DNA from: an uncultured virus (IMG/VR IMGVR_UViG_2896054739_000006)
Lineage: Duplodnaviria; Heunggongvirae; Uroviricota; Caudoviricetes
Length of the DNA stretch: 20,000 nt
IMG/VR virus record: IMGVR_UViG_2896054739_000006
Strand: one strand, 5' to 3'
Numbering within the stretch: position 1 is the first letter of the stretch; each line of letters starts with the position of its first letter. The position numbers and the translations under genes were made by a program. Under the pieces are notes generated by a model. That model worked only from the letters and a program-made list of their open reading frames with translations. It did no database searches and was not told the origin of the DNA. Of this stretch, positions 1 to 8,048 are shown piece by piece.

Positions 1-186
1 ATCCGCCTGGGGCTTCCGCTTGCCATAATACTGGTTTTTGCAGTAAACATATAACATTCTCTGCCTGGCATTCAAATCTTTGAAAGCTGCAGAAATAAGC
101 ATGGAGTCATAAATATTGGCGCTTGTATCATTTGTCTTTCCGGCACTTTCAAATGCCTTAGGGGAATATTTTTTCTTCCTGCCCAT
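1..186 (-). CDS. Hypothetical protein of the nested element, possibly winged-helix/Rep-like; partial, runs off the left edge
   Basis: Open frame read manually from ATG at 186: MGRKKKYSPKAFESAGKTNDTSANIYDSMLISAAFKDLNARQRMLYVYCKNQYYGKRKPQAD. AAGGAG lies upstream at a long spacing. Not in the ORF track because it is truncated by the window. Confidence 0.6.
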   Translation of the reverse strand, partial: MGRKKKYSPKAFESAGKTNDTSANIYDSMLISAAFKDLNARQRMLYVYCKNQYYGKRKPQAD

Positions 187-294
187 GCCAGCCCACTTAC
201 TCCTTCCCTTGTCCGGTTACACAATCAGCATCCTAAAACCTGCTGCCGCCTCACCCAAACCGGACATTCTTTTCGCCTCCAGGTCCATCCAGAA

Positions 295-507
295 TTACGC
301 CTCGCTGTGTTCGTCGCACCAGCGGTCAAATTTCACCCGGTCAACCAATGTCCTCCGGCCTATTCTAAATAGTGCGCCCGTTGTTTTCATCAGCTCTAAT
401 GCAGTGTTCCGGCCAACGCTTGCATAGATGCAGAACTCGTTGACATCAAGCAGCCTTTTATCTGACAATGTTACCAAGGTTTGGTTTGCTTTTTCTTTCT
501 TCTCCAT
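295..507 (-). CDS. Excisionase-like/MerR-type HTH DNA-binding protein (HTH_17-like)
   Basis: 70 aa with pattern LLDVNEFCIYASVGRNTALELMK...FRIGRRTLVDRVKFDRW typical of Xis proteins; GGAGGT RBS upstream. Confidence 0.75.
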   Translation of the reverse strand: MEKKEKANQTLVTLSDKRLLDVNEFCIYASVGRNTALELMKTTGALFRIGRRTLVDRVKFDRWCDEHSEA

Positions 508-580
508 GAAATTTTACCTCCATTCTTTGATTACTTGTGTTTATTAGGCATTAAACAATTAACTGGGTATCTCTATAAAC

Positions 581-589
581 ATTATAACA
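581..589 (-). promoter_or_regulatory. Extended -10 promoter candidate for the xis-like gene
   Basis: Minus strand TGTTATAAT (TGn+TATAAT) about 75 bp upstream of the 507 start; no good -35 at 17 bp. Confidence 0.4.
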
Positions 590-744
590 AATCACGCTCT
601 TATCCTTGTCATGGACACAACGCAACAGGTAATAGGAAAACTCCTCACTTTTTACAAATACGTGGAAATAAAAGCAATGAAAGTATAGAATAGCAAATAA
701 TAACAAATATTTATGTCAAGCACTTTTTCTATTCATTTTCTGCC

Positions 745-772
745 TGACACCAATACACCAAAATTGACACCA
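745..772. repeat. Clustered direct repeats resembling tyrosine-integrase arm-type binding sites
   Basis: TGACACCA 745-752, TACACCA 754-760, TGACACCA 765-772, about 100 bp inside the point where the symporter ORF breaks. Confidence 0.55.
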
Positions 773-837
773 CTTTTTTATATGCCCAATAAAAGCCCAT
801 AAACAAAAAGCGGGGAAAAATCCTGATAATTAGAGGC

Positions 838-1869
838 CTAAGGATATTTACAAATAAAGAAATAAACTGGATTGCTTTCAATCGTCGACAGAAGTCCCGA
901 TACAACCATAAACAGGAACGGAATAACCGCCCCTCCTGGGAATAGTGTGCTTATCAGTTCAAAATTAATTATTCCAGTATCCACTGCAACATATCCCATG
1001 CCAGAACCGATAAAGCCAAGCATCCCCATTGACAAAGGCACGATTCCAAACAGCAGCGCTCCCGCCAGGAAAGCCCTGCCTATTCTGTCTTTTCTGACAC
1101 AGAATGCCCTCTGCCAAAAGCACTGGTCTCCAAATGGACCTGAGATAAGACCTATCGTTGTTGGAAGTCCGAACCCTAAAAAAATTTCCCATCCTCTTTT
1201 TGAGAATAGTGTTCCGGCATCCCCTGCGGCTCCTCCCAGCCCCATAACCAACGTTTCCAGCCCTCCACCATTCTTTATACCAAAAACGATAAAACCGATA
1301 CTGGCGGCCAACATAAAGACCATCTGAACCGCATCTGTCAGTATTGAGGCTGTGATTCCCGAAAACTGCGAATACGAAAAGGCAATCACTGCCATAATAA
1401 CCGTCATTGCTGTAAAAGGTATCCCGGTAAGCATACTTAATATTTTGCTTCCAGCCAACAGCTGTACTCCTGTTGATAATGCCGACAATACACCAAGCTG
1501 GAACAAATATATATTTTTCACAGCTTTGGAATGATATTTCTCATACATATAGCCGGACAATGTAATTCCTCCCGGAATCTCTTTCCTTATCTTTTTTGCA
1601 AAGGGAATGAACAGTATCAGACACAGCACATTTGGAACCAGAAACCAAAAGAGTCCTGCAAAACCCTTCGTGTAGGCATTCTCGGTCGATGTAAACAAAG
1701 CCGGTGCCCATATCCATGTGGCCGCTATGCTCAAAGCCGACACCGTCCAGCCAGTATTCCTATTCCCGACACAGAATTTCTCGATATTGTCCTCTTTTTT
1801 TGTCATAAATACTGTTGCCCCAAACATTACCACTGCATAGGCCAGCAGTACAAACAAAGTATAATCCAT
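838..1869 (-). pseudogene. Sodium:solute symporter (SSS/SLC5 family, Dur3/PutP-like), C-terminally truncated
   Basis: Many hydrophobic TM segments and SSS motifs (F.VGNR, SIAATWIWA, SG..ASILTD.VQ, DQCFWQRAF, SGLLSTIESN). It stops about 10 codons after the 'S-T-x-D/E-S' helix, where SSS proteins normally continue for several more TMs. GGAGG RBS. Confidence 0.8.
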
Positions 1870-1956
1870 ATTTTTCCTCCATTTTTTTATTTTGAAGGAG
1901 CTTCATGCTTTCCTGCGTCTTTGCCTGATCCTCTCCTTTCCCAGAAAAACTGCATG

Positions 1957-1987
1957 AAAAAAGGAAGTCAAAAAACCTCAGACTTCC
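1957..1987 (-). terminator. Intrinsic terminator in the leader upstream of the symporter
   Basis: Minus strand GGAAGTC-(11 nt)-GACTTCC followed by TTTTTT. Confidence 0.7.
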
Positions 1988-2019
1988 CTACACGTTTGAT
2001 TTAGAATTTTACAGATACT

Positions 2020-2048
2020 ATTTTCGCACATTTATATTGTAATTGCAA
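2020..2048 (-). promoter_or_regulatory. Candidate late promoter
   Basis: TTGCAA-17 bp-GAAAAT with TGn extension, directly after the regulator stop; a second -10-like TAAAAT at 2011-2006. Confidence 0.45.
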
Positions 2049-2073
2049 TGGAAACTTTTTTGAGATGGAGTAT

Positions 2074-2664
2074 TTATCGAACGTTCAAGCCATCCACCCC
2101 AAAAATTAGGGCTGTCAGCCTTTCAGTGCCCATCCGTAAATCAGAATAGACACTATCCTTTGATATATGCTGCCTTTCTGCAATCTCCATTACAGATAAA
2201 GTACGGTCCGCCATATACATATCCCATACAACATCATATCTTCTCATTTCAATATCCCGGTTTGGCGCACTTTTACAGTACTCCCTATACAATCCAAACA
2301 TTGTTTCGATGTGGGAAACTATAACTGCTGTCCTGGTGGCGCTGCGCTTTATACTCTCAATAATAACCTCATTATCGTACATTGACATCATAGATTCCAG
2401 AATATCCAGTGCAGATTCCTCCATTTGTGTTCTGCCAAACACTGAATTTTCTGCATGCTCTTTCAGCATATGATAATTGCGAAGTAACAGCTTAGTATTT
2501 CTCAAACGCCTATCTGCTCTCTTCCCCTGCTCCTTTTTTCGTTCCTGCTCAAACATTTTCAGAGCCTCTTTTGCCCCAATAGCTGCTGATTTCTCATAAA
2601 TATCTTTCAGCTGTTCATGTGTCAAAACTACCAAGGCGCCATTGTCAGTCTTCTGGCTATCCAT
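2074..2664 (-). CDS. Putative late-gene transcriptional regulator with sigma70 region-4-like C-terminal HTH (ArpU/RinA/Q-like position)
   Basis: C-terminal LSVMEIAERQHISKDSVYSDLR HTH; last gene of the early operon. Start refined to MDSQK (2664) by AAGGAGGT RBS. Confidence 0.7.
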   Translation of the reverse strand: MDSQKTDNGALVVLTHEQLKDIYEKSAAIGAKEALKMFEQERKKEQGKRADRRLRNTKLLLRNYHMLKEHAENSVFGRTQMEESALDILESMMSMYDNEVIIESIKRSATRTAVIVSHIETMFGLYREYCKSAPNRDIEMRRYDVVWDMYMADRTLSVMEIAERQHISKDSVYSDLRMGTERLTALIFGVDGLNVR

Positions 2665-2689
2665 GTTTTCGCACCTCCTTGAAATTTGT

Positions 2690-2759
2690 TTCCAATTCAT
2701 ATTGAATTATGATATAATGTAACTGTCTGTTGGGAGGGTTGCGAAAGCACTCTCCTTTT
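2690..2759 (+). ncRNA. Putative antisense mini-transcript: promoter plus GAAA-tetraloop terminator hairpin
   Basis: TTCCAA(2690-2695)-17 bp-TATAAT(2713-2718) with TGn; hairpin GGAGGGT-T-GC-GAAA-GC-ACTCTCC (2733-2755) then TTTT. Confidence 0.5.
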
Positions 2760-2764
2760 GCCTT

Positions 2765-2977
2765 TCATTCGGAAATCGTCTGCAGATATTCTTCTATTGT
2801 CATCTGTCCGGGTATATCATAACAGGCTGTGTCATCCACCTCCGAAACTCTGTCCTTTCGGCTACTTCGTAAGCTGGTACCGAACATTTTCTCGTAACAG
2901 ACAGGACCGTACTCTGCCTCCACGCTTACTGCACTTCTTAGCTTTCTCCCGCAATTCAAACAAATCATACGCACCAC
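2765..2977 (-). CDS. Small Zn-binding phage protein (DUF6011-like)
   Basis: CLNCGRKL...S...YGPVC motif; C-terminal IPGQMTIEEYL tail. Confidence 0.7.
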   Translation of the reverse strand: MVRMICLNCGRKLRSAVSVEAEYGPVCYEKMFGTSLRSSRKDRVSEVDDTACYDIPGQMTIEEYLQTISE

Positions 2978-3593
2978 CCCTCTGGTTGTTCACATCTTTC
3001 AAATGCAATCACCCACACCCATGGATTTGCATCCCATCCAAATAAATCGTATTGCTCCTTTTTGATTGTAGAATCCCATATATGAATAAATAACTTTTTA
3101 CTCTGCATATAGGCATTCTCTGGATCATTAAATGCTTCTGGCCTGAGTATCACTCCTTCCGCTAAGAAATCATCCAGTGTCATATCTTTCAGACGCTCCA
3201 CCCGAACATCCGTCACCCTCAGAAAGATTCTGGCAGCTTCTTTTGGCATATGTATTGAAGGATGCCATTTCATCATTTTATCCGTATATCTTCCCGGCTG
3301 CGGATATGGTGATGTCCATGCTTTATATACATATCCGTCTGTCCATTCACTCCATGTTTCCCTAACCCACAAAATATCCCCAACCTGTGCGGGCGGAGCC
3401 TGTGGGCTGTCAAACTGCTTCTCGTTTTCATCATAATCATATACACCCATAAAGACTCCATCACATTTCCGTTTTGTCACGTAAAAACCACAGGCATTCT
3501 TACTTTTTGCCCTAACCAGCTCCTTGTACTGGTCTTTTCATTGCGTAAAATAGCCATAACCATTTCCGTATTAAATAATATAGGTCTTACCAC
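2965..3593 (-). pseudogene. Phage ASCH/PUA-like protein split by a 1-bp frameshift near 3520
   Basis: N-terminal RPILFNTEMVMAIL..KTSTR (GTG 3593, GGGAGG RBS) is in a different frame from GDILWVRETW / WHPSIHMPKEAARIFLRVTDVRVERL / WDANPWVWVIAF. Adding one base after AGG-AG gives KTSTRRLVRAKSKNACGFYVTKRKCD. Confidence 0.75.
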
Positions 3594-3610
3594 GTCGAAT
3601 CCCTCCCATT

Positions 3611-4165
3611 TTAATGCCCGCTTCTCAGCATACAAAACAATAACTCTGCCATAGGTCTTGTCCTCAGCCCTGGATTGCACTGCTTAATAACGCTTAGTTT
3701 CCATCTCCCATTTTCGCTGTCAATTTTAGTTGGGTTTTCAAATTCATCTGTAATCTCTGACATAAAAGGTACTGCAACCATTATTCCAAAGTGAAAAGAT
3801 GAACCTGGCGCCACTTCATATAAATGTCTTGCAAATGTCCCATCCCGTAAATCCTGCAGCAGTTCTTTGTAGCATTCCATCGTTGTCACTATGTAATTTT
3901 TCTCACCAAGAAAATTCAGTCCGTTTCCACTGTAAACGTCTTTTTTGCAGCTTTTGATTTCATAACAGACAAATATTCCCTTTTCTATAGCTGATACAGC
4001 GCACTGCCCATCCGGGACGAACTGCATAAAATCAACCCTCTTAGGCTTTCCTTTTGCCGCCCATGGGTCTATACTGACCTCTCTGGCCCAATACTTTCCC
4101 ATTCCGCTAAATTTTTCCTGTACAAGGAGATTCCCTAGAAAATTTGTTATTTTTTTTCTGTCCAT
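3611..4165 (-). CDS. PD-(D/E)xK nuclease-like protein (MmcB-like)
   Basis: REV...RVDFM...CYEIKSCKKD motif arrangement; start refined to MDRKK. Confidence 0.65.
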   Translation of the reverse strand: MDRKKITNFLGNLLVQEKFSGMGKYWAREVSIDPWAAKGKPKRVDFMQFVPDGQCAVSAIEKGIFVCYEIKSCKKDVYSGNGLNFLGEKNYIVTTMECYKELLQDLRDGTFARHLYEVAPGSSFHFGIMVAVPFMSEITDEFENPTKIDSENGRWKLSVIKQCNPGLRTRPMAELLFCMLRSGH

Positions 4166-4169
4166 CAAA

Positions 4170-4595
4170 TCATCCTTTCTTCTCTGTCTTAGTTTTATTG
4201 CCGCCATATTTTACAGCTAATGACATAGCATCCTCTCCAATATCTCCAGGTTTCTCCTTTTTCTCTAATTTCTTTTGGCATTTTTCCAGTGCTGCGTCAT
4301 AATCGTATTCTATCTGTTCTGACAATCTATCAGCGATTTTTAAAAATTTCTCACGATAATAGCATTCCCACTGAATATCGCTCCTTACCCCATCCAGCAT
4401 TTTCACATAATCATGCAACATGCAGATAATCAAAACTATATCACCGTAGGAACAGCTGACAACATAGTCACACATCATTTTTAAATTGATAGCTTTTTCA
4501 ATCATTACCTGCTTTTCCTCTTCCATGGATAACTCCTTTTCTACCTCCTGGAGAAATTCCAAGAAGAAAAAAAGTTTATTCTCACTGTCTGTCAT
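4170..4595 (-). CDS. Hypothetical phage protein
   Basis: 141-aa ORF tightly packed in the operon; start uncertain. Confidence 0.65.
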   Translation of the reverse strand: MTDSENKLFFFLEFLQEVEKELSMEEEKQVMIEKAINLKMMCDYVVSCSYGDIVLIICMLHDYVKMLDGVRSDIQWECYYREKFLKIADRLSEQIEYDYDAALEKCQKKLEKKEKPGDIGEDAMSLAVKYGGNKTKTEKKG

Positions 4596-4598
4596 AAT

Positions 4599-4919
4599 TC
4601 ACCTCATAACTTTAAAACTCTTTCTATTCTGTTCTGCATGATAGCTGCTAATTTCATACCTTATACATTCTTCTCTTTCCAAGTTTCTTTTTGATGTATC
4701 ATTGTCAAATTTCCGGCAATCATCACAAAAGAAGCATGGATCCCAATTATCTGAAACTTCGTCGGGAGTAACTTTTGAGTTTTCTGCATTGTTTATGCAT
4801 GAATTACACGCACAGTAATAACACGGGTCTACCATTTGGATACGCCCTTTAACAGGCTTGGGGAACGGATTTTCTTCTGATATGTTCATCCATTCGTCAA
4901 ATCTCAGCTGTCCTTTCAT
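4599..4919 (-). CDS. Cys-rich hypothetical protein
   Basis: CYYCACNSC and CFFCDDC motifs; GGAG RBS; N-terminal GQLRFDEW. Confidence 0.7.
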   Translation of the reverse strand: MKGQLRFDEWMNISEENPFPKPVKGRIQMVDPCYYCACNSCINNAENSKVTPDEVSDNWDPCFFCDDCRKFDNDTSKRNLEREECIRYEISSYHAEQNRKSFKVMR

Positions 4920-4930
4920 TTATGTTACTC

Positions 4931-5377
4931 CTATCCCGCTAATTCCAGGTTGTCGAAAATATTGCCGATAACCTCTAACTCCCTGTTTCCGTTTTCCTCA
5001 CAGTTACCATACTGCCATAAAGGGAAAATCAACCCTTTGCTTAATGCACTATTAGATTCTAATATTTCGGCACCCCATTGATGCTTTTTGCTCCACAATA
5101 TACGAACAATGCTGTTCCTATATCGGCAAATATCATTTTCAAAAATCTTACTGCCACTCTTGTCAGGGATTCCAGTATATTCGCAGACAGTATCGGGGTC
5201 TACTTCATAAGAAAACGCTATTACACGTTTTGTGTCTTTGTAGTAGCTAATGCCTACATTATGTGGTGTTATGCATGAAAAATCATTTCCCACCCACAAG
5301 TACCCCTTGACCCACCAATCTTCTTTCGGTAGCTCTTTCCAGTTTTTACGCTTTGCCTTGTACAAATATTCCCTCAT
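4931..5377 (-). CDS. YopX family protein
   Basis: MREYLYKAKR start, VDPDTVCEYTG..DK.G.KIFENDI, and EVIGNIFDN end, all characteristic of YopX. Confidence 0.9.
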   Translation of the reverse strand: MREYLYKAKRKNWKELPKEDWWVKGYLWVGNDFSCITPHNVGISYYKDTKRVIAFSYEVDPDTVCEYTGIPDKSGSKIFENDICRYRNSIVRILWSKKHQWGAEILESNSALSKGLIFPLWQYGNCEENGNRELEVIGNIFDNLELAG

Positions 5378-5416
5378 CTTTCCTCACCTCATTCCATTTC
5401 CCCGCAAACCACTCCC

Positions 5417-5668
5417 TTAAATCATTTGACATACTTTGTTTTCTTCATCAAGGGTTACTATATGCCTTTTATCCAATGCCCTAAGTGTTCTGACACTGCA
5501 ATACCAAATTGGACACCTATAAGTATCTGCCCCATTTCTGCAATGATGTATTTCAACGCCAACCCATGACCAAAACCCGCCGTCATATCTGATAAGTTTT
5601 CCATGTGTTCTCATAATCCGCACCGATTCTTCCATCTTTGCAGATAAATTTCTATGTCCGTAAGCCAT
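5417..5668 (-). CDS. Hypothetical protein
   Basis: Start refined to MAYGHR by AAGGAG RBS; possible small winged-helix fold (inference). Confidence 0.6.
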   Translation of the reverse strand: MAYGHRNLSAKMEESVRIMRTHGKLIRYDGGFWSWVGVEIHHCRNGADTYRCPIWYCSVRTLRALDKRHIVTLDEENKVCQMI

Positions 5669-5707
5669 AATACTTACTCCTTCTTTTTTCTGCCGTATTC
5701 CTGGCAC

Positions 5708-6115
5708 TCATTTTCCCTTGTCTCCTTCTTTCTTATCTATGAATAGATCCGGCATCTCTTCCGCTCCCTGCAAAAAAGATTTTATAAATGTTTCTAATTT
5801 GGGACATGTATAGCAAAGAGTTTTGTAAAGTTTATATAACCGTTTTTGAAATTCTTCTTCACAGCATATATGATAATCTCTAATATCATATATGGAACTA
5901 ATATTTGGTTTTATAAACATATTAATTGTTGGTTTATTAAATCCATCAAAATTTCTTTGCAAAAAAATTGTTCCATTATAAATATTTGTCCACCAAACAA
6001 ACTGATTGTTTTCATACGGGAATTCCTTTGTTGGCCCAGTGTACCACTTGACTTTATTCAATTCAGTCTGTGTAAGCAGATTATTTACAAATTCAAGCAG
6101 TATTTTATCATCCAT
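5708..6115 (-). CDS. AT-rich hypothetical accessory protein
   Basis: Open frame in operon orientation; very low GC (25/120 G+C counted over 5821-5940). Confidence 0.65.
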   Translation of the reverse strand: MDDKILLEFVNNLLTQTELNKVKWYTGPTKEFPYENNQFVWWTNIYNGTIFLQRNFDGFNKPTINMFIKPNISSIYDIRDYHICCEEEFQKRLYKLYKTLCYTCPKLETFIKSFLQGAEEMPDLFIDKKEGDKGK

Positions 6116-6129
6116 AACACGCCATCCCT

Positions 6130-6441
6130 TCATTCCATATTAGCTTTCTTCCGCTTCTCAACTTCAATGAGTGGCGGCGTAACCACACACTTTTCCATTC
6201 CTTCCGCAAGTTCTTTTGCTCCTGGATGATTCCGCTCAATTTCATTAGCCAGATGACGCATAACAAACAGAATCAACCCTGCATCTGCTTTAGCATAAGG
6301 TGATAAAGATTTCATAATCCGGTCTGTATAGTATCCCAGCCCTCTCTCTACCAGTTTCATTGCCTCTGGCGTCTTTCCATTAGTTATCAACTCATTTCCC
6401 CGTTCAACAAAACTTCTCATTCTATTCTCTTTAATCTTCAT
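6130..6441 (-). CDS. Hypothetical phage protein
   Basis: 103 aa, GGAGGT RBS. Confidence 0.75.
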   Translation of the reverse strand: MKIKENRMRSFVERGNELITNGKTPEAMKLVERGLGYYTDRIMKSLSPYAKADAGLILFVMRHLANEIERNHPGAKELAEGMEKCVVTPPLIEVEKRKKANME

Positions 6442-6484
6442 ATCATACCTCCAAAATCCTCAAATAGTATTTGCCCATATTTTC

Positions 6485-7534
6485 TTACTCCATGGCCACC
6501 GGGAGCACGATTGCTTTAAAATCGCTGTCCTCAGCCTCCACAATCATTGGCATTTTAGCTCCTCCAAAAGCCATACCTACATTCGCACAATCAAAAGCTT
6601 TTAATGTTTCCATTACCAGTTTTGCATTAAAACCTATCACAAGCTTATCTGAAAGCTCTTCCTGAAGGTCCACTGTTTCGTCATAATCTGTAGTACTGTC
6701 CCTAATGCTCAGATTAAGAGAGCGGCCCTGTAATTCAAATCTAACGGGTTTAAATTCATCCGTACACATCTTTGCTCTCGTTATGGCTTCCAGCAGATTT
6801 TCTCTGGATATAACCGTATGCAAAGGAAGCTTATTAAACATAGCTTTATACTTAAAATACTCCCCTTCCATCAGCCTGGTATATACCTCATATTCTTCCG
6901 TAATAAAAACAGCCTGTGTCTTATTATGTTTAATCTGTACTTTACCCGTGATTCCAAGAGATTTCAGCTTTTCAACCGTGTTTTTGGGTATTAGCAGTTC
7001 AAACTCCCCATCATAATTTACCCTGTCCCATGCAAGCACATGGCCATCCAGCCCAACAAAATTTAACTCTCCTTCCGCTGCCTGAACACACATAGAATTC
7101 ATTACTGCATTCGTTCCCTGCGCCGGAATTGCATATGATACACGCTTCATGGATTCTAACAATATATCTGCATCAATGCTCAGTTCTTTTTCATTTTCCC
7201 ATGCAGAAACAACCGGAAACTGTTCTGGAGACATTGTCTGATACTTATTTTTAATTCTATCTGCTTTAATCGTCATGGTATTTTTCGATGATACTGAAAT
7301 ATCCACCTCTCCATCCGGCAGATTGTTAATCAAATCAAACGCTCTCTCCGGAATGATAAAGCATTCCCTTTCTGTTCCCTCTAATTTAGCCCTGATGGTA
7401 GTTTCCAGGTTGCTGCCTATTAAATAACCATCCTTTACTAAAACCCCCTGTAATGCCGCTTGTATGGGCTTCTTGGGTACAGCCATCTTTACTCTATTTA
7501 ATTTCTGCGCTAACTCTTTTTTTTGTATCTTCAT
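6485..7534 (-). CDS. dnaN: DNA polymerase III beta sliding clamp homolog, phage-encoded
   Basis: 349 aa with clamp hallmarks: ALQGVL, LINNLP, FP, VGLDGHVLA (cf. ATDGHRLA), LLIPK, TRLMEGEYFKY (cf. SRLIEG.YP.Y), IGFNAKLVMETLKA, IVLPV end. Confidence 0.9.
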   Translation of the reverse strand: MKIQKKELAQKLNRVKMAVPKKPIQAALQGVLVKDGYLIGSNLETTIRAKLEGTERECFIIPERAFDLINNLPDGEVDISVSSKNTMTIKADRIKNKYQTMSPEQFPVVSAWENEKELSIDADILLESMKRVSYAIPAQGTNAVMNSMCVQAAEGELNFVGLDGHVLAWDRVNYDGEFELLIPKNTVEKLKSLGITGKVQIKHNKTQAVFITEEYEVYTRLMEGEYFKYKAMFNKLPLHTVISRENLLEAITRAKMCTDEFKPVRFELQGRSLNLSIRDSTTDYDETVDLQEELSDKLVIGFNAKLVMETLKAFDCANVGMAFGGAKMPMIVEAEDSDFKAIVLPVAME

Positions 7535-8048
7535 CTTTTAACTCCACTCCTTCCAAAATGAGTATTGTTCCTGGGCAGTCTTGCAATCTGTATGCCTCTA
7601 ATTCCTGTTCCGTCATAAACTTATGGCCAAATAATTCCTTCATTCTCTTCCAGATATCCCAAGGCACTCTATAAAACTTCACCAAGCCAATAGAAACCAT
7701 TACATAACAGCGTGCTCCAAATTTCTCATATATGTCCAAGCTCTTCCATTGGGTATCTGTAACAACACTTTGATTTATTCTGTCAGAATCCGTATGCTTT
7801 GCCTCAAACATAATACCGGTTCCGTCACATAAAATGCCTTTATAGTCTGGCTGCCCTTTCTTTTCGTAATATCCTCGGACAACGCCGTTTCCGTCCTTTC
7901 CGGTGATGTGAAAAGGTTCTGGTGTCTTTTCTATGTGTGCCCAGCCTTTTTGCAGATAAAATTCACAGGAACTTGACAGCCATCGTTCGAAGGCGTCCCC
8001 GGACTCTTTACTCCGCCTGCCAATAATCTGCCGTCTTATATCAGGCAT
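7494..8048 (-). CDS. recU: Holliday junction resolvase RecU family
   Basis: G.AFE, IEKTPEP, GQPDYKG, FEAKHT, TQ motifs; start refined to MPDIRR. Confidence 0.85.
   Translation of the reverse strand: MPDIRRQIIGRRSKESGDAFERWLSSSCEFYLQKGWAHIEKTPEPFHITGKDGNGVVRGYYEKKGQPDYKGILCDGTGIMFEAKHTDSDRINQSVVTDTQWKSLDIYEKFGARCYVMVSIGLVKFYRVPWDIWKRMKELFGHKFMTEQELEAYRLQDCPGTILILEGVELKDEDTKKRVSAEIK

Larger units (their letters stand above)
1..875. mobile_element. End of a putative integrative element (IME/satellite-like) inserted in the prophage symporter gene
   Basis: Symporter reading frame loses family-like character at about 870, followed by an AT-rich spacer, arm-like repeats and an xis-like gene. No integrase is visible in the window. 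Confidence 0.55.

Noticed and set aside
691..719. Minus-strand promoter starting at a perfect TTGACA (719-714)
   Set aside because: No acceptable -10 hexamer at 16-18 bp spacing.
1895..1945. c-di-GMP-I riboswitch (GGCAAA, GACGCA and GAAA words present)
   Set aside because: The words are in the wrong order and spacing: there is no GAAA-capped stem between GGCAAA and GACGC. Kept only as an unclassified candidate structure.
3477..3680. Independent 67-aa gene as listed in the ORF track
   Set aside because: Its middle is the N-terminal motif of the downstream protein family; better explained as the 5' half of a frameshifted gene starting at 3593.
6485..7534. Host oriC region (dnaA-dnaN-recF)
   Set aside because: No dnaA, recF or gyrB nearby; the gene overlaps phage recU within the phage operon.
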